A stretch of DNA of 63,785 nucleotides, counting the filler, from Choristocarpus tenellus KU-1152 (lineage: Eukaryota > Protista > Phaeophyceae), in assembly GCA_964200185.2 (NCBI GenBank). It is 9 parts of 9 records of this genome, joined end to end, with 100 filler letters (N's around TTAATTAATTAA, not from the genome) between each part and the next. Parts side by side here need not be neighbours in the genome. Positions count along the whole stretch, not along the records: positions 49,331 to 63,785 come from CAXNAD020001185.1; 8 more parts are not named here. One strand, written 5' to 3'. This document shows positions 52,772 to 63,785 of the stretch, piece after piece (the stretch's first letter is position 1; each line of letters starts with the position of its first letter). Both the position numbers and the translations under genes were made by a program. A model generated the notes under the pieces. That model worked only from the letters and a program-made list of their open reading frames with translations, had not been told where the DNA came from and ran no database searches.

Positions 52772-53420
52772 TTACTCTGAGGATGAAGATAGACAGGTCG
52801 TGGCTGCTTGATTAGACCCCAGAAATAAATCCTTTATGAGATTCCAGAGAAAGAGGGTGAGGATATTTGGGAGTAGGTGGAGCTTGAAGTCTTGGGCGTT
52901 GTGGAGGAGAAACACAGAGCACAGGAGGTAGAGAGTAGCCCTGCAACAGTTGTGGAACCAAGCCCGTGTACATATACCACCCATACCAAGGGGTCCTAGA
53001 AAAGACACAAGGAATTTGGATGTGCCTCCCTTGCAATGTGTGTGGGAAGATTCAGCTGGTGCTGGTGGGATGTTGGAAGACACTGTCAGGGAGCATGGAG
53101 GAAGCAGCATGTGTAGAGGTTGATGCGTTGAAGGTTGCAGGAGGTATCCCCATAGTTTATTTGAACGGTAGAGCTCCAAATCTCCCCGCCAGATTTCGGA
53201 CCCTTCGTGGTACTCAAGCAAACTCAGAAGAATATTCTCAACAGCTCGAAATGTTGCGACTTCCAAACGGAGCAGAGTAGACCCAGAATGTGTGCCATCT
53301 TCTTGTATTCATTCTCAACAACACCTGGATGGAGGTGGATGCATGGGAGGCTGCAAAGAAAGGAAACAGGAAAAATACCACCTGAACTCTCTGTCGGAGG
53401 AGCATCATGCAACCAAAACA
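52772..53420 (+). pseudogene. Transposase-like relic (RFRTLRGT..N.E motif), possibly the same family as 22627-24730
   Basis: Intronless coding-like fragments with frameshifts; motif resemblance only. Confidence 0.3.
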
Positions 53421-53586
53421 TAAACAGATAACAGATGTAACGACTAAAAAAAGTAAATGCATCATTGATCATTCCACAATGTCCCCTCTTAACAACAATT
53501 CAGTCCATTTTTTTCTTCAAAACATCAAAACATTGATGTAAAAAGGCTATAGGACAAAACAACAAAGCACATGAGCCAAACCAATC

Positions 53587-53814
53587 GAGATTTAGACAGG
53601 TTTCGACCCTTTTGCATTCTAAGCCATCTTTCTTGCCCTACCCAAAACCCTCTATTCCAGTTGCTTGATGTTCAAAAAGTGTACACAAAATTGATGTTCT
53701 CCCTTTCCGCACACAAACTGATACCACAATTCAGCAATGGCTCTCGCAAAGGTACAACTTACATATTTTTCCCCTTTCAAGCGATCCTTAAAATGCAACC
53801 CTGCCTACCTCTCA
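53587..53814 (+). mobile_element. MITE family C
   Basis: Homologous to 41327-41547 (CCCTTTTGCATT...ACCCTGC.TACCTCT). Confidence 0.65.
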
Positions 53815-56800
53815 CTTAGTTCAACTCTATCTGGTAGTAGTGGGAAAAGAGACACAAATGAAGAGTACCTCCATTTTTTCTTATGTCTGACGGGGCCTGT
53901 CACACGCCCCAGGGCTGTGTATGTCCTGCAGAGCTGAACGAGCCTTCGCCCAGTGTGCAAGCATACAATTGGATTTTAATCCGATTTAACTTATACTCAA
54001 AATTCTTTCGATTAACAGCACTATTGAAACAAGCCTCAAGGGATGTCAGGTAACAACCAGATCCTCAAATACTCGAGTATATTTAACATTTTATTATCAT
54101 TTTCTTATTTTAGTCTGGAACTTCTCCACTACCTCCACCCTACCTAACCCCTTGACCCATGGTCAGATGGCAATGGACACACTACACCCTTCACTCATGA
54201 TCAGATGGTCGTGGAAACACTGCACACTGTACTATTTCTTCTTCCCCTACGAGCTACTCGTTGGACTACATAAAACAAATTGCACTGTTCTGTGCGTTCC
54301 TTGATTTATTCCTACTCGTTGGTTTCAGCTGTCCCATAGTGTTACAGCTCCACTCCCTCCCTCGAATCTGGTGGTGCCTACTCCCTCCATCCAATGAAGC
54401 TTCACCGCCACGATATAGATCCACTCATCCACCAGCAATGGTGTAGGTACTGGTCCAGTCAAGGTGCTAAGGAAAGCACACCCACTACAATGAGATCTTT
54501 TGACCCTTGTAGTTTTAATCTCAACACGTGTGTGGTTAAAAAGTCCTGAGCGCCTTAGCAAGCAAGAAGATAATTCCCTGGATAAGTTCGACAAATTCTT
54601 TCCCCCATCAACTGATTGCCTGTTAGATAACCTGCTTTTGCACAAGAATTGTAAGCATGTTCTTCACATAACAAAACAACACCAATGGACCACAGACTTC
54701 TCTCCCACCTTGGTCACTCTGCTAAACAGTGCCACTATAGCTGACTGACTCTATTCTTCCATTTATAGGTGATAAATTAGGGGGGGTGATATCGGCTCAA
54801 TTCTGCCCCAGACGCCAAGTACGGATACTAACCTTGTTTGGGTCCTTCACAATAACTTGTTTATATATGTGAAATAAATTTAACATTTCGACAGTTGTTA
54901 CTTTTTCAGGGGTTCTGATATTGAATTGACTTTTCATCTGTTTTTCTCTGCCACATCTGCAAAGGGGGGGAAGTTTATGAAGTAATCTGAGTTTTCCGTG
55001 CTGGAGAATTCTGATAGTAATAATGTATGAGGAAGGAAGAGTTAGTTAGGGTAAAAAGAAAAATATTGAAGGGGTGGACAAAGAGTTAAGTACTGAGTGG
55101 CTAGGAGACAGAAGAGGTAGGAGAGAAGTTAAAGGAAACGGGTAGTAGATGGAAGCACAAGATAGGAAGGGGTGGATAATGAATTAATGAAGCATCCTAT
55201 CCGCACTTGTAAAAAAACTGTTTTTGCACATCTTTGTCGCCATCCTTCAAATGCAACTCTGGGTACCTCTAGTTTAATTGACTCACTTGTGAGTGGAAAT
55301 GCGAATAGCAGCACGGTTTTGTGAGTGGACAAGGGGATGAAAACATGGCTTTGAGTAGGTATGCTGATAGCAGTATTGTTCTGTGAGTGGATATGCAGAT
55401 GACCGACAGCTTTGAGTGGATGTCCTGTTGATAGTACAAGGTAGTTTTTGGGGTGAGGTTGGAATCTCAAGTAGTAGTGTAATTTAGGAACGGGTAATAA
55501 ATTTGTTCAGAACTTCGAGCAAGACAAAATTGAAAACTGCTGGGGAATAAGTCCCTACGAAATTGACAGAAGTGGCTTTGAAGTTTCCACTTGTTAAACT
55601 GTACCATGGGTGGGCAATACAGGTTTGTGAATGATTTTTGTGTGGCATGGAAGAGCTACCAAACCAGCATAGCTTACTCCACGTCATAGTAGACGAAGAT
55701 TGAATAATATCCAATAAATATATTTAGGAAGTTGTTCGTAGATAGTGCTGCTGATACACTATAGACACCACCAGTGGAATATGTGATAGGATGAGAGCCA
55801 GTGACAGATATATTATATGTACTGGCTCATAGTGTCCATTGGTTTTTATATCATGTTCAAGATACTCTTTCTATACTTAAAACAAGTTAATAAGTGAATC
55901 ATAGTGAACTAGTTTGGACGATTGCAAACCCTACACTATAGAAATAATAATGATAGTTTAGGCTCGTCTCACCCACGCATTCAGTCAGTGGAATCGAGAC
56001 CACAAGCCCTTTGTAATACTAATATTGCACATCTACATTAAGCTGTTCATTACCCTTCATTAAATCACCAAAGCCGCTGGTCCAGTGTGGGATACTTCAA
56101 CAGTAGTGGTAAGTCATAACTTCTCTTGGTCACCCTTTTAGTTCTCATCTCTCTTCGTTTCTTGTTGTAATATGTGTGTGTGCACGAGAAGGGGGAGGGG
56201 GGGGGGGGGGAGAGCATCATTACCGTATGTACAGCAATAGTACTACTGATAGCAACGAAAATGATGATAATGGTGATGTTGCAATTTATCTGTTATGATG
56301 GTGGTTGTGGTGGTGTTAGTGTTCCTCCTCCTCCCCCTTATCATCACACTCCAAACTATCTTGCTTCTGCTTTATCCTGAAAACAAAAACATTGCCTTCT
56401 TGGTTGTTGCATGCATGTACTCCTACTGCTACTACTCCTTCATGAACCCTCTTTGACACTCTTTGGCATACTGCCTAAAATCACAATCATAGGGACCTCA
56501 TACACACCTCACAGATACCGAGAGCCCAATATATCATCCTATTTACGAACGGTATTTGTTTACATAGACAAAATCCAAGAACACATGAACCCCAATGCAT
56601 CAGGTACAGGCGCTTGAGGGGGGATTTGATTGGCAGCATCATCTTTTCATTGACGCTGTTCAAAATTGCTTGCATATGACAAATCCAATAAATGTAGGGA
56701 GGGGGGGTACATAAATATCATTCCCCTTCTAGAAGTTTGTTGTGAAAGGTTACCCTGCACAAACCCTTAATCGACATCAACAGTAGCCAATCCCTCTTCA

Positions 56801-57134
56801 GGGCAATACTGTTGCTTCACCTGGCCTATGCTGCAGAGTCAACGGTGACAAGGTTAGGCGAGAGAGCACTTACTCACTAAGGACCTACGCGGTACACTCA
56901 GATGTACACAATGTGCAGGTCCCCTAAACATTTTTTAATCCATCAGATAGATGTTATCCCTTGCACCCAACTTGGTCACTACTTTAGTATGATGCATACA
57001 GTTCATGCTCCTCTTCACAGTTTCTCAGAGCATTTTCATCCTGATCTCCTCTCGTTGGAGCATTACTCTTTGGGATAGTCAGCTCTAGCTCAACTGGACC
57101 TCAGCTTCATAGTTTATTAGCCCATCCGCCACCC

Positions 57135-57245
57135 TCAGTTGTCAATTGGCCCAATGTGGGCAGATTCCATCCCAAAGGATGCTGCTAGGCACATTGATTT
57201 GAGGACCGCTTTTTGCACCAGGGTGCAGAGGAGAGGTTTTTTTTC
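57135..57245 (-). CDS. Last exon of a cNMP-binding-domain protein, SulP/SLC26-type
   Basis: EKKPLLCTLVQKAVLKSMCLAASFGMESAHIGPIDN*, phase 0 after 59466. Not in the ORF track. Confidence 0.75.
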   Translation of the reverse strand, partial: EKKPLLCTLVQKAVLKSMCLAASFGMESAHIGPIDN

Positions 57246-59465
57246 CTTGTAAACAGCAAAGAAAGCATCCGGGAAAGAGATGTAGGTTAATGACATGTCT
57301 TACTGGGTTATGAAGGCACGGTTACACTGCATACATACATTATTATAGTAGAGGGGACAGGAGTTGTGCTTGGGATGGGGTAGGAGAGAGGGGGGCAATG
57401 GTGGTAGGAGATAGGAATCTTGGGCATTTGTACACTAGACAGGGACTATAACACAAAATGAAGGTAGAACAGCCTCCAGCACCACCTACTTTGTCATTTC
57501 CTGGACAAGTGAGGAAACATGTCACATCTTCAGCCGTGACTGAAATCTGCCAACTGATCTCAAAAACTTTCCAAATTAAACCCGAGAAACACATAATAAG
57601 TGCCTTGTTCTGTTTTGCGATAATTCCGATGCGGTTACCAAGACATAGAATTGTACCAGTTTAGTGGCACATATCATTGGAGATGTGCAAGCAAGCTAAG
57701 TCACGTTTCTATCCACTCAAAATCCGCACCATGACGTTTCATCTGTTACTGCCTGAAAAGGTGATACATATAAAAAATAAATGCTATCAAAACCTTCTTT
57801 TTTTTGTCATTTTCGCGGTGATAGTTTCTTCTTGTTACAAATAAGTACCAAAATATACATACATATATTTCTAGATAATGTTAAAAGCATTGACTCCCAG
57901 AGTAGCAATTGATCTTTTCAAAAGAAACATCCAGTAGACAGCAAAAAACACAAAAAAATAGGGGTAGCCCATAGCAAGGAAAATGAAAACTCGTGCAAAA
58001 TTGAATTCCCTAGGTTTTTCAATTTTCCCTTGCAAAATTTGGGGGGAAAATGGAATGAAGGGCAAAACAGGAACAATTTGCTTTTATTAGAAATGAGCTG
58101 AAGTACTTTACAGGTGTTTCTTTATTACCATACTCCCTGTTTCAAAGTAATGTCTGGTGCGATATACTTTGCAATGGGTGTGTGTCATGGGTATAAGTTT
58201 GTAGTAGGTATGAGTTCATTAGAGCAATGATCTGATACTGTCAAATTGTACACTTGAAACAAACTTAAGGACACCTCTTCAGTCCAACTCTCAACGTAAT
58301 GAGACAGGATAATAGTTGGCTTTGGTCAGCCATGCACTACATTCTTACTTGCAAAATTTAAATTCCAACTAAGAGATTCTTTACAAAACTATTGACCTAC
58401 CGGGAAAATCCCTCTGTGAAGGAGAGCCTTTCCAAACTCTCACCACTATTACAATGATCAACACATACCCCTCAAAATACAAACAATTCTGCAAAGGCAA
58501 ACTAGTCCTACAGTCTGGATTAAATGCAGTATGTAAGAATACTGTGTGACTAGTGAACAAGGTTTGAAGAGCGACACTAGGATATAGGCAGTACACGGAA
58601 TAATAATCTCCCCCCCAAAAAATCGAAAAATATGTGGTCCTTCTTGCATCCTGACTCTTGATTTTGGCGCCAGGGAGAAAGTACAAATGTGAACATACAC
58701 TGGTTATCATATCCTACCAGTCATAAAAAACAGACCATATTGCTTTTGACGTGTATTTTTGCTTGAAGTTTGATACTTCAAAGCATAATTTGAAATAAAA
58801 AAACAACAACGTGAAAATCCAACAGTTCATCGACTGGTTGAATACAATACAATAAACCAAGCCTATCTCCTCTCTGTATGTGCTTCCCTCATGATGCCAA
58901 ATCAAGATCCACCACAAAAGAGAACTGCACCCCCGAACGATAATATTAGGCATAATAATAATAATATTAGTGTGGCCTAGCGATTTTCAGGTGCCTAATT
59001 CTTGTCTACCGTATGAGATAGTCTCACTACAATTGCATAAAACCGCATGTCAATTCTTAGTCAGTAAGATGCACTTTCCAGGAGCCTCTCCAACTACCTC
59101 CCGATTTTGTTCCTGTCACTTCAATGTAGAAACTGTAACGCACCAGTACTTATCTCTCCATAACGATAAGCTTAGAAATACATATAAAAATAGCTTTAGA
59201 ACTGTAGCTTCCAACAACATACCTAACCAGCACACATCAAATTTAAGGACTGCAAACCAAGGTAAAAAAGACAACGCTATATGTGTGAGGCGTGTCTGTC
59301 AAATATTGAGGTATCACTGTTCCAGTACTGGAAAGACAGTCGGGTGACTACCTGCCCAGGTTTAACAGTGGTATCTCAATATCTGACAGGGGGGAATGCA
59401 AAACAAGAAAAACAAAACAAGAGGATTCCGAAGGTGTCTGTAAGAAGGCAAGTCCAACCTTTCAC

Positions 59466-59627
59466 CTGCATCCTTGCCATATCAACCCTGTTGAGTGTGA
59501 AGAGGTGGCATGGCTCCAGAGCAATTGCCCGGAATGGCTGTGCATGCTTGAGATAGAAGCCCATCTCACCAAAGGTACCACCAGCACACACCCTAAGCAG
59601 ACGACGAGGCCCTGACTCCCTTTGCAC
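59466..59627 (-). CDS. cNMP-binding domain exon of a probable SulP/SLC26 anion (sulfate) transporter
   Basis: CAG|...|GTGA borders; RLLRVCAGGTFGEMGFYLKHAQPFRAIALEPCHLFTLNRVDMARMQ. Confidence 0.8.
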
Positions 59628-60518
59628 CTGTTACTCAATGACCATTACCCAGGCACAGTGTGCACATAACCAGGAGCGTAGGAGACAAAGCAGACCAAAT
59701 ATTAATTTTTGTTGTTGTAATGCAGTCAAGAGTCCATCGCATCACCCTGATTCACATTGGTCGACCCAAGTGGAGAGCACACTGATAGATGACAGTATCT
59801 CTCAGTGAATTTGTTCATTCAGTTTTTTTTTGCCTTGAAAGGGAATGCCACAACAGGGAAACAAAATGGCACTTCAGCAACTGAATCATGGCCAAGAGTG
59901 GGGGAACAGCTTTGTCCTACAAACCACACTTTTCTGCTTCAGAGGAAGGTCACAGAACACACCATCCTGCTTCAATCTTATGCTTCCAAGTAGTGCTGAT
60001 AAGAGCACAAAAACCAAGAGAGGCAATCTATCCAGCATGACCCGGCGGTAGATAAGAATCCTTTGGTTCTAATCATGTAGTTGGTGATAGTAGTGGTACC
60101 AGTTCAGGTCATACCACGAGCCAGACGCCTGCAACAATATCAGAACCAACACTTTCCTTACACGACACGACATGACATTAAAAAAGGTTATTTTAAGGCG
60201 GCGAACCTTCGAGGTGAAGTAGTGATACCTCAATGTCTGACAATGGAAATTTGTCAGACACGGTGAAGAAGAGGGTTTTTTTTTTTTTCTGCTATCAACA
60301 GCACCATATACCCTTTTACGGCAATACTGCACGAAGCAGGAGGGTATACCTTAACCTTGGTCTCCTTGACCTACCTCTATATGCGAAGAATCGTGGTGTA
60401 GGAAGAAATAATACTTTACCTTAAACCAGAAAATATAGGTCAATTCACTTCTAGAACAGTCTCCCTCTTGTGGGGATTAAATTCTCCTTCACCTCTACAT
60501 CACATTTGGGAAGAGAAA

Positions 60519-60781
60519 GAGTGAAAGTATGTTGGAGGGTAGAGCCGCGTCCATTTTGGGGGTCAAAATCCAATGTTGTTTTGTTGTAATTTGGCTATTG
60601 TGCTTGTTAGGAAGAGTCAATATCCTTCTTCTGGACACACCTTTTCATAACCCATACATTTTAACCTACTCCAAAACATTTCGGAGTAGGTAAGATGTCG
60701 TAAAAAAAAAACGTGGGAAGTCAAGCCCCAAACGGACAAACAGGGCAAAACTCGTACCCTAACCCTAACATACTTTCACTC
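60519..60781 (+). mobile_element. MITE family A
   Basis: GAGTGAAAGTATGTT...AACATACTTTCACTC termini with AAA target duplication. Confidence 0.85.
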
Positions 60782-61071
60782 AAACATGAACATTTTCCTG
60801 ATGGCATTATCTAGTTGCCTATGAGTATTACACAGCATCCGAGGGAATATTCTATTGACCAGAATCCTTACATTACAACCTTCACTGTCCCCGTTGTCTA
60901 TTCCAGCTTTGTAGCCTTTGTTTGACTGTATTTCTACCCTGATGCCAACACCCTGCAACCCACACATATCCCAGGTACAGTAGCGAGGGGTCTGCAAAGC
61001 CTGGAAGCGGTGGGATTGGTCCTCTTGGTTATGGCTTTTATTTTCTCCAGCTACAATATTGGTTCAAGGTG

Positions 61072-61108
<37 letters not shown>

Positions 61109-62145
61109 CTGGTCTCGGGTTAGGGGGGGTAGAGTGCACTCTTTTGCTGCCTTTCTACTCACTACACTGTCCCTTCTTCCATAGTATGTAACCTGCTGCA
61201 AGATTTCGAGCACGGAAGCAACTCTTCTTTGCCGCTTTGTGACAATGAGATGAAAGGATATGAAATATTTGATGGGAGAGATTGGAGAGATAGGGCTGAG
61301 GCACATGGCATAGGACATGGCAGACAGAACTTCGGAGGTAGAGCAGCCCTCACTTTGTCCTATGTTGAGAGGTGTTAGCCCTGTAAGAGAGGCAGGAGGG
61401 GTCATTTGAGGCTACTGCGTTATGTGCAGGCAAAGTTCAGCCACCGGTGGGTTGGTAGTACTCAGGTTTAGGAAGAAAATGAGGTACCCACAGTTAGAAT
61501 GGAGGTTCGGACTTTCTGAAAGATGACAAAGCTCACAATAACGGATGAATGTAGAGAAAGTTACACAAACAAATACCCACTAAGGTAGTGACAGAAAAGA
61601 GCAACAAAATTATTTCTATATTACACCTGTTTCTGCTACATAGGCAGACTTCAAGTGCTGGAGCATATTTTGACAACATAAAACGATCTGCACACAAATT
61701 TTATGTCCAGCTCTTCACATTCTTCACCAGTATCTGACTAGGGTGGATAAATGAACTGGCAAAAATGGGAGAGCATTCTGCGACCACCCCAAGATTGTAA
61801 TCACAGCATCAGTGTTTAGTAAAGATTGATTAAATAATAACCATCAACCTACAACGCTAGATGTCTTGTTTATTTACTGAATAGAGCACGTCAGTAGTTT
61901 TTGGATCAACTTGTTTTGAACCAGTACCCAACGCACACATCTGTTCACGGCTCTACTGGACTTTGTACTCTTCAGAGTACCTTTGAAGGCTAGGACACAA
62001 AAGAAGACTAAAAAGCTACGTGTTGTATATCCTGCCAACCATACGCATGCATCCCTCTCGTTTCCCCTTCATTATCTGCCACAAATTTGATCTCGTGGTG
62101 TTGTAAACATAGCCCTTGTCATCCTCATCTTTGTCTTGCTTTAAG

Positions 62146-62304
62146 GTGTATCCACCTTGCTCATTCATGTTCTTGGACATGTCTGAGTTGAACATGCCAG
62201 GGGTGGACGTGTGCCTCTGGAAATTCCTGGATGTCCATCAGCTTGACTTCAAAGTTCCTGAGGAGGAGAAGGACTTCAAAGGGGAGAATGGGGACTGGAT
62301 GCAG
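62146..62304 (+). CDS. Sulfotransferase-like protein, penultimate exon
   Basis: AG|...|GTGAG borders, 53 codons; VYPPCSFMFLDMSEL...LWKFLDV resembles the 'FP..Q...L..E.L...FLGV' region of PAPS-dependent sulfotransferases. Confidence 0.6.
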
Positions 62305-62543
62305 GTGAGGGAGAGGATAATTGCCGAAGGTTGGTCTTGTGATCGTCTGTGCCATGCAGGGAGTTAGTTACCTGTTGTTCAGCATATGGCAGCACCCATG
62401 TTAACATTCTAGCTGTTGTGCCTTCTTTTACGGGTGTAGTAATACGGAGTGAGCATTGTATACACATACCTCACAGTGGAGACAAAAAGAGTAGAATCTA
62501 TGCTGCCTTGCTGTTTAAAAAAACACACTCCTTGTTCCCATAG

Positions 62544-62672
62544 GAACAAATTTACAGGACGGATGACCCCATCAATAAGGACACAGTAGCCAAGCTCAAG
62601 AAGATGTACTACCCTTTCGTCAAGAAACTGGAAAAGCTCATAGGAAAGGAACTTCCATCGTGGGGATACTGA
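62544..62672 (+). CDS. Sulfotransferase-like protein, last exon
   Basis: PINKDTVAKLKKMYYPFVKKLEKLIGKELPSWGY* matches the HS3ST/NDST-like C-terminal pattern L..FY.P....L..L.G....W. Not in the ORF track. Confidence 0.7.
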   Translation, partial: EQIYRTDDPINKDTVAKLKKMYYPFVKKLEKLIGKELPSWGY

Positions 62673-63785
62673 TGCTGCTGGCATGGGGGAAAACAAGAAG
62701 TGTTGGTTGGATTATGCGTTATTTTTTGTATATTTTTGTACTTCATTATGTGGCCTAACCTCTGGAACCTTACGTCCAAAGGAACTTTTCCCAAGTTAAA
62801 TGTTTCGCTCATAGTCATTATCTCCTACGGTAGAGGGTCTAGATTGAAGTTATGTATATATGTATGTGTATGTTTTGTTGTGGTCATCTATTGTGTCTGT
62901 GACTATCACGGGGCTGTGGTGGTAGTTGCATGTTTACATGTTCCCAATTCCCAGCACTACTAGAGTAGTATTGTATAGCTATGGTGGTGACTACGATAAA
63001 CAGTTTTGCCTTCATCTCTGCTATCTCCCGGTCTTGTATATGTACCCACTGTCTTGTGTCCTCCCTGTTCTACTACCTTTGTAGGGGAAAACAATCTGGT
63101 AGTGATCTTTCACGAATGGTGCTGTGTGTTGTAGATTATTATGCATGTGATGCACTTGTCTAGAGTGGTGCATACTTGTGCTTGATGTGTTCTAGTTGAC
63201 TCTTATGCAGTGGTGTACTGCTTACAAAGGGGTGGAAATTATCATCCACATTGCTGTATGTGCTTTTGTTGTGATAATTTTGTTCTCTTTTTTTGTCGTC
63301 TCCCCATGAAGATGTGTCTGTGCACGTAAATAAGCGTGTTGTGATGATTAGTTGTTGCTCTATCTACTAATTGTTCAGAGCAACCAGGACTAAGGCAAGA
63401 AGTGTGGCTTGTACTCCATTAATGCTGCTGTGTTCCTAACTGCACATCAAATATCTATAGAAGGATGCTTTTCCTTCAATCTCCCTCCTGGATGTCCTGT
63501 GTAACATCATCCTCGCGTGTGCTTGGTCCCCACATCTTCTGCAATCATTTCTTTGCACTTTGCCCATTGTGCAATTCCACCCATCTATAGACTTAAACAC
63601 ACACTTATACAAGCATGTTGTGACAATCCTGCTAAGTACTCGTGGGCCTCACCCACAATAACCGTAGTGGCTATCTTACTTAAGATCTTCTGTGACGAGC
63701 ATATATGATATTGTAGGCCTCTCATAGAGTGGTGCATGGGGTATAGAGGGGGGAAATACCTTGGGGGTGAAGAGGAGAGGAAGCC

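Noticed and set aside
54300-55720. Possible LINE 3' relics
   Set aside because: Too degraded to support a call.
59628-62145. Upstream exons for the SulP-like or sulfotransferase gene (e.g. ORF 60081-60266)
   Set aside because: No PAPS-binding, STAS or cNMP N-terminal motif was found in the frames I inspected.

Overview
This is eukaryotic, intron-rich, AT-leaning genomic DNA. The gene content and TTAGGG-type repeats suggest a stramenopile, probably a brown alga or relative (inference). The window is not one locus: it is nine contigs joined by eight artificial 100-nt spacers (N44-TTAATTAATTAA-N44), so neighbourhood across a spacer means nothing. Host genes appear as short spliced exons, many missed by the ORF track: BOP1/ERB1 3' end, a mitochondrial-type FtsZ exon, a complete 3-exon ZNF593/BUD20 gene head-to-head with an OXA1/COX18 (YidC family) gene, a SEN1/UPF1-like SF1 helicase, the 3' end of a SulP/SLC26-type cNMP-domain protein (minus), the 3' end of a sulfotransferase-like gene (plus) and several orphan exon chains. 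Mobile DNA includes a decayed Copia element with its integrase deleted, a Gypsy pol relic carrying nested insertions, two copies of a solo-LTR-like element, three MITE families (two share the terminal motif AAAGTATCT and occupy 7 of 16 internal contig ends), RLE non-LTR fragments, two unclassified transposase-like relics and an intronless giant-virus-style ankyrin pseudogene. The most interesting lead is the sulfate transporter / sulfotransferase pair, whose geometry suggests antisense overlap. There is no CRISPR array or prokaryotic system here.
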